Of a DNA stretch of 64,000 bases, positions 19,605-28,284 are shown piece by piece. Numbering within the stretch: position 1 is the stretch's first letter; each line of letters begins with the position of its first letter. The translations under genes and the position numbers were made by a program. Location of the stretch: NCBI GenBank assembly GCA_964408455.1, contig CAYOZN010000023.1, positions 34,471 through 98,470 of the forward strand. Reading direction: 5' to 3'. Under the pieces are notes generated by a model that saw only the letters and a list, made by a program, of their open reading frames with translations, did not search any database and was not told where the DNA came from. This DNA is from an uncultured Planctomycetaceae bacterium. Its GTDB lineage: Bacteria; Planctomycetota; Phycisphaerae; UBA1845; UTPLA1.

Positions 19605-20435
19605 TCAGCGTGCGAGGGCTTCTCGTATTCTGAGGCAGGTGTTTAACAGCGATTCGAAGCGATCGAGGGGAAAGACCGTGGCAGCATCGGACTGGGCCTG
19701 CTCGGGGCGGTCGTGGATTTCAAGGAAGAGTGCGTCAGCGCCGGCGGCGATTCCGGCGCGGGCGAGGATGGGCACGTACTCGCGCAGGCCGCCCGATCGG
19801 TCGCCGAGTCCGCCGGGAATCTGGCAACTGTGGGTGGCGTCGAAAACGACGGGGGCAAACTCCTGCATGACGGGAATGCAGGTGAAATCGTTGACGAGGC
19901 GGCCATAGCCGAAGAACGAACCGCGATCGGTGAGCAGGACGCGCGCCGGCGCACCGGGGCCGCCGGCCAGCACCTTCTGCACGGCCTGCCCCATCTGTTC
20001 CGGGGCCATGAACTGGCCCTTCTTGACGTTGACGACTTTTCCGGTTGCGCCGGCCGCGGCCAGCAGGTCGGTCTGACGGCACAGGAAGGCGGGGATCTGA
20101 AGGACGTCGCACACGGCGGCGGCGGGCGACGCCTGTTCGGGAAGGTGGATGTCGGTGAGGACCGGCACGCCGACTTTGCGCCGGACTTCGGCAAGCGTTT
20201 TCAATCCGCTCTCGAGACCTGGGCCGCGAAAGCCGGTGACGCTGGTGCGATTCGCCTTGTCGAAGCTGCACTTGAAGATGTACGAGACGCCGAGCCTTCG
20301 GCACACGGCGGCGGCGGCTTCGGAGATCTTCAGACAGTGCTCGGTCGATTCAATGATGCAGGGACCGGCGATCAGGGCGAGTGGCTGGGTGGGTCCGATT
20401 GAAAATGGGCCGAGGTCGACGGCGGGTGCAGGCAT
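19605..20435 (-). CDS. kdsA: 3-deoxy-8-phosphooctulonate (KDO-8-P) synthase
   Basis: Strong similarity to E. coli KdsA motifs: FKCSFDKANRTS (E. coli FKASFDKANRSS), QIPAFLCRQTDL (E. coli QLPAFLARQTDL), VFDATHS. Length 276 aa. Confidence 0.85.
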   Translation of the reverse strand: MPAPAVDLGPFSIGPTQPLALIAGPCIIESTEHCLKISEAAAAVCRRLGVSYIFKCSFDKANRTSVTGFRGPGLESGLKTLAEVRRKVGVPVLTDIHLPEQASPAAAVCDVLQIPAFLCRQTDLLAAAGATGKVVNVKKGQFMAPEQMGQAVQKVLAGGPGAPARVLLTDRGSFFGYGRLVNDFTCIPVMQEFAPVVFDATHSCQIPGGLGDRSGGLREYVPILARAGIAAGADALFLEIHDRPEQAQSDAATVFPLDRFESLLNTCLRIREALAR

Positions 20436-20510
20436 GCGTTAAGGCTCCGGGGCATTAAAACAGGCGTGCATCTTACGCGCCGGCATTCGTCGCGGCAAAG
20501 TTGGAGGCGA

Positions 20511-21203
20511 TCACCAGTAGCCCAGGTGCGGCGTCGTTCGGATGGAGCCGTCGGGCAGCTGGTTGGCACCGCGCGGCGGCTCCAGGCCGACGAGGTGAGA
20601 CACGTCGTTCAGGCATACGAGGCTGTTGATGCCGGCATGATGCCGAAGCGCGGCGATCGCGGCGTTGTCGATGACGAAACGAAACGATGGCCCCGGGGTG
20701 TCGGTCAGCCATGCGTCGATGAGGCGGGCGATCGGGCTGCCGTGACTGACAACCAGCACGGCACCGTCCTGATCGCCCCATTTCTCCTTGAGGGCGCGCG
20801 CAAAGCGCATGGCCCTGGTGAGCAGCTCGGCGAACGGCTCGTTCCATGGCGGCCAGCGGGGCGGCTGGTCGGCGGCCAAGATCTTGACGTCCGGATTGCG
20901 GCGCGCGATCTCCTCAGCAGTGGGCAGCGTGAGATCGAGGATGGCATCAGCCGGCAGGTTGTGAAATTCACACAGTTCCGGGCGAAGTTCGATCGGGCGC
21001 GACGCGTCGCGCGCAATCGGAACGGCCGTCTGTATGCACCGCTCGAACGGGCTCGAATAAACGGCGGCGAGCGGGATGTTGCGGAAGCGATTGCGCAGGC
21101 GCTCGACCTGCTGGCGGCCGAGCGGGGAAAGCTCGCCGTTGGGCTCTTTTGACACGTTGGCATTGGCCAGCGATTCGGCGTGACGGACGGCATAGACGAG
21201 CAT
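20511..21203 (-). CDS. histidine phosphatase superfamily protein (phosphoglycerate-mutase-like)
   Basis: N-terminal MLVYAVRHAES (RHG/RHA catalytic motif), and later LVVSHGSPI with the second catalytic His. Confidence 0.75.
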   Translation of the reverse strand: MLVYAVRHAESLANANVSKEPNGELSPLGRQQVERLRNRFRNIPLAAVYSSPFERCIQTAVPIARDASRPIELRPELCEFHNLPADAILDLTLPTAEEIARRNPDVKILAADQPPRWPPWNEPFAELLTRAMRFARALKEKWGDQDGAVLVVSHGSPIARLIDAWLTDTPGPSFRFVIDNAAIAALRHHAGINSLVCLNDVSHLVGLEPPRGANQLPDGSIRTTPHLGYW

Positions 21204-21534
21204 GCGTTCTCCGCAGATTCACAACGCAGGTTGCATGACGAATGATACGGGGTGAGGCAGGCGGGGTCATGCGCATCGCACGGCTGCGACCGGCAGGCGG
21301 CAATGTTGGTTGTGAATTCCCCCGCGCCGGCGCACGGCCCCATTATCGACGATTGGATGGGAGCGGCTTTCACGTCATTGGAAAAAATCGCACAATTTGG
21401 GCGGGATTTCTGCTACCCGCCGGCTTCGAAATAGACATTCTATCGTTGACAAGGCCCGGGGCGGTTCTTAGGCTTTTGTCAGATGGATTTGCCCGCGCGT
21501 TCTTTCGCGCGACTGATACACGGAGGTACAACTC

Positions 21535-23124
21535 ATGCGTCTCCACGCCCTTTCGGCCGGCGTTGCCCTCAGCATCACAGTGGTCGCATCGCTTACCGGC
21601 CATGCCCGCGCGCAGGCGCCGGCCTTCCCGTGGGAAGGTGAAGTCACGGGCACAAATGTCAACGTGCGCAGCGGTGAAGGCACCAGTTTCTACGCCATCA
21701 CCAAGCTGAACACCGGCGACCGGGTGCTGGTGCTGGGCGAACGGCACGGCTGGTACAGCATCGTGCCGCCGGCGGGGACCTACAGCTTCATTGAAAAGAG
21801 CATGATCAATCTCTCGCCGGGCGGCAAGGAAGGCACGGTCAAGATTGACGGCGCACCGGTGCGGGCGGGAAGCCAGCTGGTCGCCAGCAAATCCACGACG
21901 CAACTCGTGCTGCCGCGGAGTTCGATCGTCACAATCCTGGGCGAGGCCGACGGCTTCTACAAGATCGCCCCGCCGAATGGGGCGCGGGTCTATATCACGC
22001 GGCAATACGTGAAGCCCGTTGCCGAGAACCTGCGCACGGGGCTGCTCGAGCGTTACCTTGCCGCCAATCCGGCCGCCGCCCGAACGTCCAAGCCTGCCGA
22101 GATGCCTGTTCGCACGCCCTCCCGTCCGGCGGTGGATGTGGAAGCGCCGGTTCCGTCACCGAACGCGAGGCGAACGGCGGCGGAGCCCGCGATTGCCACG
22201 CGCGCCGGCGCGACGCACGACGATCCGGCTGAATCGACCGGCGAGCCGGTGGACATCGAGACGTCCGGCCCGCCGGACGTCATCTCTCCGGCCGACCAGG
22301 GTATCGTGGATGTGGACGATGCGCCGCCGATCCAGATCGACGAAAGGTCGAGCAACGCCCCCGCCGCCGCGAATGTCACGCCTGCGGCACCCGTCGAGCC
22401 CAAGGTGAACAAGTTCCAGGCCCTGCTGGAGACGGCCGAGAGCGAGCTGAACGGCATTCTGGAAAAGCCGGCGAGCCAGCGCGATTACACCGGCCTGCTG
22501 GCGCGGTACCAGGAGATCGCGGAACAGAACGAGGAATTCGTCCCGTCGGAGTTTGCGAAGATCCGCATCCGGCAACTGTCGAGTCTCGCCGACCTGCAAA
22601 AGGCCCAGGTCGCGCTGAAGACGCAGGGGCAGGAGGTGGAAGAATTCAGTGCGCGGATGGATGCCAAGCGCATGGAAATCCGCCGCGAGCGGGCTCAGCA
22701 GGTCGCCGTCAAGTTCGACCTTGAGGGCGAGCTGCGGCGCAGCTTCGCCTTTCCGCCGGAGAAGCGGCGCTATCGCCTGGTGGATCCGGCCCGGCAGGTG
22801 ACGATTGCCTACGTCGATATTCCGCTGGACGTCAAGGAGAATGCCGAGCACATGATCGGCCGCCTCGTCGGCATCCATACCAGTGGGCAGCAATACAGCC
22901 CGGCGGCCCGCGTGCCGATTGCGATCGCCTCGGCCATTACAGATCTGACGCCCCTCCGCCAGCAGCCGGCCGACGGCGAGGGTCAGCATTCCTCTCTCAA
23001 CCCGATGGAGCCTCAAAATAAACCGGCGACGGGCGCCAATACCACGGTCGACACGGTGGAGCCGCCCCCGCTGGTGGATGACGATCGCGAGGCCCTGGTG
23101 GGCTCGGGTGAAGAAGAGAATTAG
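21535..23124 (+). CDS. secreted protein with two bacterial SH3 (SH3b) domains, Pro/Ala-rich linker and C-terminal coiled-coil
   Basis: GGAGGT SD-like motif plus ATG. Signal peptide present. SH3b-like modules GEVTGTNVNVRSGEGTSFYAITKLNTGDRVLVLGERHGWYSIVPP and GTVKIDGAPVRAGSQL...FYKIAPPNGARVYITRQY. The C-terminal region is heptad-like and charged. Confidence 0.6.
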   Translation: MRLHALSAGVALSITVVASLTGHARAQAPAFPWEGEVTGTNVNVRSGEGTSFYAITKLNTGDRVLVLGERHGWYSIVPPAGTYSFIEKSMINLSPGGKEGTVKIDGAPVRAGSQLVASKSTTQLVLPRSSIVTILGEADGFYKIAPPNGARVYITRQYVKPVAENLRTGLLERYLAANPAAARTSKPAEMPVRTPSRPAVDVEAPVPSPNARRTAAEPAIATRAGATHDDPAESTGEPVDIETSGPPDVISPADQGIVDVDDAPPIQIDERSSNAPAAANVTPAAPVEPKVNKFQALLETAESELNGILEKPASQRDYTGLLARYQEIAEQNEEFVPSEFAKIRIRQLSSLADLQKAQVALKTQGQEVEEFSARMDAKRMEIRRERAQQVAVKFDLEGELRRSFAFPPEKRRYRLVDPARQVTIAYVDIPLDVKENAEHMIGRLVGIHTSGQQYSPAARVPIAIASAITDLTPLRQQPADGEGQHSSLNPMEPQNKPATGANTTVDTVEPPPLVDDDREALVGSGEEEN

Positions 23125-23195
23125 AGAAGACCGTCCGCCTGCGAAGCGCTTCACCGCGGCAGTTTGGCTATAATCGAGCCAAGGGATTTGAGACC

Positions 23196-23828
23196 GTGGT
23201 GTACTACTTCGTCATTGCTGAGGACGGAACGCGATACGGCCCCGCCGATATCGATACGCTCGTCGCATGGACGCGCGAGGGCCGGCTGGTCGAATCGACC
23301 GCGCTCGTCGAGCGCGGCACCGAGCGAAACCTCCGGGCCGACCAGATCACCGCTTTGGAAGCCGAGTTCCGGCGCATGCGCGGTCAGCCGGCTGCCGTCA
23401 CCATCGAGCGCGGCGAATCTTCGGGCGCTGCGCGCGGCGAACCGGCAACCATGACACATCCCGGATCGCGCGGCGCGACGCCGGGAAGGTTTGCGTCTGC
23501 GCCCGGCGCACCGCCGCCCGTTCCCGGCGACTATCACCAGTTCAATTCGCCGGATGGCGGCGCCCGGATGCGGCATGTGCCGACGATGCAGTATGCCGAA
23601 ACGGGCCCGCTGAGCCATCGCAGCAAACTGGCGGCGGGACTATTGGGGATTTTTCTCGGCGGCCTGGGTGTTCACCGCTTCTATCTGGGTTACACCGCCA
23701 TCGGCGTCGTTCAGTTGATCCTGACGATCTGCACCTGCGGTGCGTCGTCGGTCTGGGGGCTCATCGAGGGCATCCTCTGCCTGACCGGTCACATCCGCGA
23801 CGTCGACGGCCGGCCGCTTCGCGATTGA
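23196..23828 (+). CDS. DUF4339 (GYF-like) N-terminal domain fused to a C-terminal TM2-domain membrane protein
   Basis: GTG start after AAGGGA. N-terminus YYFVIAEDGTRYGPADIDTLVAWTREGRL matches the DUF4339 pattern. C-terminus LLGIFLGGLGVHRFYLGYTAIGVVQL matches TM2. Confidence 0.6.
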   Translation: MVYYFVIAEDGTRYGPADIDTLVAWTREGRLVESTALVERGTERNLRADQITALEAEFRRMRGQPAAVTIERGESSGAARGEPATMTHPGSRGATPGRFASAPGAPPPVPGDYHQFNSPDGGARMRHVPTMQYAETGPLSHRSKLAAGLLGIFLGGLGVHRFYLGYTAIGVVQLILTICTCGASSVWGLIEGILCLTGHIRDVDGRPLRD

Positions 23829-23892
23829 TACCTTTTTTGGCGCGCTGGGTTTCTCCATTCGTATCAGTGCTTGAGACGGTTGCATGCAGGGT

Positions 23893-24059
23893 GCACTGCT
23901 TGAAGCAGTGGCACACGGTGATTTTGCACTGCTTGAAGCAGTGGCACACGGTGATTTTGCACTGCTTGAAGCAGTGGCACACGGGCGGGCGATTCTTTTG
24001 GACTTCGCACTGCTGACACAGCAGTTGCACCCCCATTGCTTGAAGCAGTGGCACGCGGA
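23893..24059. repeat. tandem palindromic hairpin repeat array (3 exact 33-bp units GCACTGCTTGAAGCAGTGGCACACGGTGATTTT plus 2 degenerate copies)
   Basis: Direct reading of the sequence. The same core is present, inverted, at 52413-52617. Lies between convergent genes. Confidence 0.9.
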
Positions 24060-24080
24060 CGTGGTTTACAAGAAAAGACA

Positions 24081-24124
24081 GCATCGACAGCCGCGTGGGC
24101 GGTGTCGATGCTGTCTTTGGAAAA
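24081..24124 (-). terminator. rho-independent terminator for the minus-strand gene ending at 24176
   Basis: 11-bp perfect stem CAGCATCGACA / TGTCGATGCTG around a 13-nt loop, followed on the minus strand by TCTTTTCTT. Confidence 0.55.
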
Positions 24125-24175
24125 CTGAATGCCGCGTTGCTGCCGGTTGACGCGGCAGGCGTTTTTCAACTGCAA

Positions 24176-24946
24176 TTATGGATTGGCCGCGTTGTCGTTG
24201 TCGGCATTGTCGTTGTCGCCGTTCGCGTTATCGCCGTTGTCGTTGGAATCGTCCGTGTTGTCATTCGAGTTGCCGACGGGTTCGACGAAATCGTCGGGCA
24301 CGTCGCCGGTCCGCGTGCCGGTGTAGTTGACGTCGATTTCGACGACCAGCGACAGGCTGTCGTCGTTCGAGCCCGCCAGCAGCACGACCAGCCGCCGCGT
24401 GACGGCGCCCGTCGTGGTCAGTGCCGCGCGGTTGAAGCTGCCCTCGATGGATGCCGCGTTCAGGACCGCCCCACCGCCCTGGTCGCTGCCGGCGCCGCCG
24501 CCGGAGATGTCGGTCAGGAAGAAGTACGCGTCGTCGGCGTTGATCAGGCCGGTCGCGGTGTTGGCGGTGTCGTCGGCGTTGGTGATGCGCATCTGAAAAT
24601 TGGCGGGGAACGTGATCACAACGCTATCCGGCATGGCCTCGTCCAGTTTGGCGTTCAGATCGGCAAGGCCGGCATTCCACTGGTCGATCAGGGGCTCCAC
24701 CTCCGGCGGAAACTCGGCGGGGTCCAGCTCGGTCAGCGTGCCGGTGGATGAACCGTCGGAGACGTTGCCGTCGGCGCCGTTCGCGTGCCAGGTTATTGTC
24801 ACATCGGTTTCACCGCGCGTGATGCTCCACACGCCTTCCAGACTCGTGGTTTCGGGCGCATTGCAGCCGTCGGACGCCATGCCGAGTGAAAAAACGGGAA
24901 CGGCGACAAACGCGACAACCAGCCAACGATTCCTGCCCATGTTCAT
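24176..24946 (-). CDS. secreted hypothetical protein with C-terminal Asp/Asn-rich (DNxDN) low-complexity tail
   Basis: ATG at 24946 preceded by AGGAG. Signal-peptide-like N-terminus. The tail ...DNTDDSNDNGDNANGDNDNADNDNAANP looks Ca-binding. Confidence 0.55.
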   Translation of the reverse strand: MNMGRNRWLVVAFVAVPVFSLGMASDGCNAPETTSLEGVWSITRGETDVTITWHANGADGNVSDGSSTGTLTELDPAEFPPEVEPLIDQWNAGLADLNAKLDEAMPDSVVITFPANFQMRITNADDTANTATGLINADDAYFFLTDISGGGAGSDQGGGAVLNAASIEGSFNRAALTTTGAVTRRLVVLLAGSNDDSLSLVVEIDVNYTGTRTGDVPDDFVEPVGNSNDNTDDSNDNGDNANGDNDNADNDNAANP

Positions 24947-25298
24947 AAAGGGAATCTCCTGCGCGAGGGACACGACGAGGACAAGGACAACGGTACAGAA
25001 CAATTCGGGTTCGTGTCCAGCGTTACTTTAGCGCGTCAGCGGACGTGCCGATAAATTCGCGCAGATTTCAGCCCGGGTGCGAGGTGCTGACAAGAGGGTG
25101 CGTTCCGAAATCCGATCGGATCTTATTGCTCGCGCGCGAGGCGTGGCGGCGGTGTCGTGAGGGTAGCGCGCTTGATTGGCGGCGCTGATCGAGAACGGCT
25201 CGTGTGTTCTTGCGCGAAGGAATGGCCGCTCTTGCGGTGCTGGCGCCGGACCGGCACGGTCCGGCTCGCGGGAATGGAGCACGGCTCGAGGCTCTGAC

Positions 25299-25928
25299 CT
25301 ATTCGGGGAACACCTGGAAATAGCGGTCCCAAATCAGCGATTCATGCAGTCGCGCATAGCTTTCCGCATACCCTTCGCCGCGAGATGGGGCGCGTTGGGA
25401 TCGCGTCGTCATTCGATCATGATGGTGGCCTAACTCATGCGTTAGTATGTGAAGGAGTTGATACGCACGCGCGGAGGACTCGGTCCATTTCACCAGGTAT
25501 TCGTCCCCCTGTGTGTCAACGGGAACAGCGAGCTTCTTGAACAACTTTGCGTGTTTGTAATAGTACCAATGGCCGTAAGTTGTCCAAAGTTCACGCGGCC
25601 ATGCGTTTATTCGAATAATACCGAACTCGTGTGTGCCGTCAACTTCATGGCTCCCGTGTTCGAGCACAATCGCGACGAGTCCCTTGGAAAGTTCGCGCCA
25701 GTTCGGGAGAATTTCGAGGAAGCGAAATATGTGTCGCTTCATCAGCAGGTGCCGATAGCCCTTGCCCGGCTTCTTGCGATCAATCACGAGCTTCTTCTTG
25801 AAGTGGTTGAAGAAGTACTCATCCGACCACTCGTCTTTGTTCCAGGGACGAACCCAGCCGGACAGTGTCTTCGGTGTGACCGTTCGGCGCGTTTTCGCGC
25901 GAGTCGGATTATTTCTTCGTCCATTCAT
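25299..25928 (-). CDS. HExxH zinc-metallopeptidase-like hypothetical protein (low-GC patch)
   Basis: LTHELGHHHD motif near the C-terminus. Lys-rich N-terminus. GC clearly below the genome average. The start overlaps the stop of the upstream S9 peptidase gene by 20 nt. Family unassigned. Confidence 0.5.
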   Translation of the reverse strand: MNGRRNNPTRAKTRRTVTPKTLSGWVRPWNKDEWSDEYFFNHFKKKLVIDRKKPGKGYRHLLMKRHIFRFLEILPNWRELSKGLVAIVLEHGSHEVDGTHEFGIIRINAWPRELWTTYGHWYYYKHAKLFKKLAVPVDTQGDEYLVKWTESSARAYQLLHILTHELGHHHDRMTTRSQRAPSRGEGYAESYARLHESLIWDRYFQVFPE

Positions 25929-27987
25929 CCAGCCACGCGATCACCGTCTCATGCCACTGCACGCTGTTCGCCGGCTTCAGCACCCAGTGGTTTTCGTCGG
26001 GGAAGTACAGGAACTTGCTGGGAATCCCGCGGCGCTGCAGCGCCGTGAATGTCGCCATGCCCTGCACGTCCACGACGCGATAGTCGCGGCCACCGTGGAT
26101 CACGAGCATCGGCGTCTTCCACTTGTTCACGTGATCGATGGGGTTGTGCTTCGTGTAGCCCTGCGGGTTTTCCCAGGGCGTGCCGCCGTGCTCCCACTCG
26201 GGAAACCACAACTCCTCGGTGTCGAAATAGGCCATGCGCTCGTCGAGATTGCCGTCGTGGTTCACCAGACAGCGGAAGCGATCGGGCCAGTTGCCGGCGA
26301 TCCAGTTGATCATGTAGCCGCCATAGGAGGCGCCCAGTGCCGCCACGCGGTCACCATCGAGCCAGCGGTACTTTTCCAGTGCCGCGGCGAGGCCCTTCTG
26401 GAGATCCTCCAATGGCTTGCCGCCCCAGTCGCCGCGGATCGAATCGCAGAAGGCCTGCCCATATCCGGTCGATCCGTGGAAGTCGATCATCACCACGGCA
26501 TAGCCCGCCCCTGCATAGGCCTGCGGATTCCAGCGATAGTGGAAGTGATTGCCGAAGGAGCCCTGCGGTCCGCCGTGGATGAGAAAGGCGATTGGGTATT
26601 TCTTTGCGGGATCGAAATCGACCGGGGCCACGACGTAGCCAAACACGGTCTCGTCGTTCCAACCAGGGAAGGAGAACTGCTCCGCCTCGCCCATTCGCGC
26701 GCCGGCGAGCTTCTGCGCGTTGATCCGCGTGACCTGTTTCACGTCGCTGCCATTGGCCGCGATGGTGTAGAGCTCGACCGGGCTCTTGAGATGATCCATG
26801 CCATATAGAATCCGCTCCCCTGCCGCTGCCACGTCGCCGACGTAGCCCTGCTCGACGAGCGTGCGCGGCTTGCCCGTGGCCACGTCGATCGCAAAGAGGG
26901 AACTCTGACCGCGATTGCCCGCCGTGGTGTAAAGAGTGCGACCATCGGGCGACCACACGAGATGTCCGGCGGAATAGTCCCAATCGCGGGTAAGCACGCG
27001 ATCTTCGCTGTCGAGGTTTTCGCGGATGACGATGTCGTATTTGTCGGATTCGTAGCCCGGTCGCGTGTGCCGAAGGTAGGCGAGGCGACCGTCGGGGGCG
27101 AAAACCGGGCGGGTATCGGCGGCCTTGTTCGAAGCCGTCAGGTTTCGCGGTGGGGCGCTTGCGCCAATTTCGACGTGAAACAAATCGGTGTTGGTGGACC
27201 AGGCCTCATCACGGCCGGCATTCCGCGCGGTGAACACAATACCCCTGCCATCGGGCGTGAAGGAAAATTCCTCCGAGCCGCCAAAGGGCCTGGTCGGGCT
27301 GTCCGCTTCGATCGGGAGATTGAGCATGACGTCGATGGGCGGTGCCTCTGCACCGGCAGCCAGTTCGCGGACGAAGATGTGCGAGCGGCGACCATCCTTC
27401 CACGTGTCCCAGTGGCGGAAGAAGAGACGATCATAGAGCTGGCCGGTTGTCTTCTGCTCCGCTTTCTCATCCAGCCGCTTTTTGGTTTCGTCCGGCGAGG
27501 CGGCGGGAAATACGTCCATGGTATAGGCGATGGACTTGCCATCCGGCGAGAGCTTCAGGTTTCCGACATCGAGCGGTTCTCGTGTGATCTGCCGCGCCTC
27601 ACCGCCGGTGAGCGGAAGCTGCCAGACCTGCATCGAGCCCGAGCGCGTCGAAAGGAAGTAAATGGACTGGCCATCCGGCGCCCAGCGCGGCTCCAGGTCG
27701 GCATCGGGGCTGGTGGTCAATCGACGAAGGTTGGCGCCATCGATATCGGCCATCCACAGATCGGTGCGGCCTCGATTGGCTTCGCGGTCGGTCTCTCGGA
27801 CCACGAAGGCGACGCGATGCGCATCCGGCGAGACCTGCGGATCGCCGATACGATCCATGTCCAGCATGTGCTGCACGTTGAACGGCTGCGATCGGGTCGC
27901 CTGGGCGTGGAGCGCTGTTTCGTTCCACGTAATCGACATCGCGAACGTGGCGAAGCTGAGCAGAACAGTTAACCGGCTGCGGTTCAT
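25909..27987 (-). CDS. S9 family serine peptidase (prolyl oligopeptidase/acylaminoacyl-peptidase type) with N-terminal beta-propeller
   Basis: ATG at 27987 followed by a signal peptide (the ORF track over-extends to 28164). Propeller repeats WAPDGQ / SPDGK / SPDGR. Catalytic nucleophile motif GGSYGGYM. Conserved C-terminal Asp/His region. Confidence 0.85.
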   Translation of the reverse strand: MNRSRLTVLLSFATFAMSITWNETALHAQATRSQPFNVQHMLDMDRIGDPQVSPDAHRVAFVVRETDREANRGRTDLWMADIDGANLRRLTTSPDADLEPRWAPDGQSIYFLSTRSGSMQVWQLPLTGGEARQITREPLDVGNLKLSPDGKSIAYTMDVFPAASPDETKKRLDEKAEQKTTGQLYDRLFFRHWDTWKDGRRSHIFVRELAAGAEAPPIDVMLNLPIEADSPTRPFGGSEEFSFTPDGRGIVFTARNAGRDEAWSTNTDLFHVEIGASAPPRNLTASNKAADTRPVFAPDGRLAYLRHTRPGYESDKYDIVIRENLDSEDRVLTRDWDYSAGHLVWSPDGRTLYTTAGNRGQSSLFAIDVATGKPRTLVEQGYVGDVAAAGERILYGMDHLKSPVELYTIAANGSDVKQVTRINAQKLAGARMGEAEQFSFPGWNDETVFGYVVAPVDFDPAKKYPIAFLIHGGPQGSFGNHFHYRWNPQAYAGAGYAVVMIDFHGSTGYGQAFCDSIRGDWGGKPLEDLQKGLAAALEKYRWLDGDRVAALGASYGGYMINWIAGNWPDRFRCLVNHDGNLDERMAYFDTEELWFPEWEHGGTPWENPQGYTKHNPIDHVNKWKTPMLVIHGGRDYRVVDVQGMATFTALQRRGIPSKFLYFPDENHWVLKPANSVQWHETVIAWLDEWTKK

Positions 27988-28284
27988 ATGAGAGGCTCCT
28001 GTCGGCTTACAGCGCCCGCCCATCAGTCTGGGGGGACACAGGCAGTTTGAATAGAAATCCCCCGTGTGGCAGGGTGCGCAGTCGATTCTAACGAAGCCGG
28101 CAATTTGGACCAACGTGTCGAGTTTAGCGGGTCTGGCACCGGCGTGCACTCGATCGGCAGCCACGGCTCCGCTGCCGGTGTGTTGAAAGCGGTGTCACGG
28201 CGTTGTGGCGAGTTGCGACTGCATCTAGATTAGCATCCGGGATATCACTGGCGCGGCCAGAAATCAGCAAAGGCGAGGAGTCGA

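Noticed and set aside
19605-20435. Alternative call of DAHP synthase (AroG/AroF family) for the KdsA-like gene
   Set aside because: The two families are homologous. Motif-level matches (FKCSFDKANRTS, QIPAFLCRQTDL, VFDATHS), the 276-aa length, and absence of any regulatory N/C extension match KdsA specifically. The E. coli KdsA alignment is convincing by eye.
23893-24059. Possible CRISPR arrays at 23893-24059 and 52413-52617 (regularly spaced palindromic repeats)
   Set aside because: The inter-repeat segments are near-identical to one another (9 bp GGTGATTTT, or 16 bp ttgccagttgccttcc variants), not unique spacers. Units are short (33 and 42 bp in total), and no cas genes occur in the window. 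These are tandem hairpin repeats, not CRISPR.
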